Assembly: GCF_001194135.2 (NCBI RefSeq)
Contig: NC_068997.1
Coordinates: 8,469,378 to 8,531,874, forward strand
DNA from: Octopus bimaculoides
Lineage: Eukaryota
DNA length: 62,497 bases
Direction of reading: 5' to 3'
Shown: piece after piece, positions 62,266 through 62,497 of the stretch
Numbering within the stretch: the first letter of the stretch is position 1
How the letters are laid out: each line of letters opens with the position of its first letter
The notes under the pieces: model-generated
What the model was told of the DNA's origin: nothing
Database searches by the model: none
The model's input: the letters and a program-made list of their open reading frames with translations, nothing else
Program-made: the position numbers and the translations under genes

Positions 62266-62497
62266 TCATCATCATCATCATCATCATCATTTAACGTCCG
62301 CTTTCCATGCTAGCATGGGTTGGACGATTTGACTGAGGACTGGTGAAACCGGATGGCAACACCAGGCTCCAATCTAATTTGGCAGAGTTTCTACAGCTGG
62401 ATGCCCTTCCTAACGCCAACCACTCAGAGAGTGTAGTGGGTGTTTTTACGTGTCACCCGCACGAAAACGGCCATGCTCAAAATGGTGTCTTTTATGT
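62266..62497 (-). mobile_element. Young RTE 3' UTR, runs off the window end
   Basis: 1 mismatch in about 134 bp against 43151-43284 (hand comparison). Confidence 0.9.

Overview
This is a eukaryotic, AT-rich, repeat-saturated genomic window from a gapped draft assembly (18 N-runs, about 7 kb by my count). The repeat families and microsatellite density point to an octopus (coleoid cephalopod) genome; that assignment is inference from recalled repeat sequences. I found no host protein-coding gene I can support. Almost every ORF in the supplied track is a translated microsatellite or runs through Ns. What I can support: (1) many 5'-truncated 3' ends of RTE-clade LINEs with (GAT)n tails, some very young and one with a 14-bp TSD; (2) four R4/Dong-clade LINE fragments encoding a restriction-like endonuclease domain, each embedded in (TAA)n and antisense to the (ATT)n tail or flank of one SINE family; (3) several tRNA-derived SINE families (my working labels B, C, E, F, not database names); (4) a DD37D (maT) Tc1/mariner transposase relic, piggyBac-type MITEs and an old L2/CR1-like RT relic; (5) a tRNA-Glu(TTC) pseudogene; (6) a near-complete minimal type I hammerhead ribozyme motif at 56277-56340 next to a gap, plus two partial or degenerate hammerhead-like motifs. 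The most interesting signals are the hammerhead motif(s) and the repeated Dong-into-SINE-tail nesting. Coordinates of degenerate repeats are approximate.
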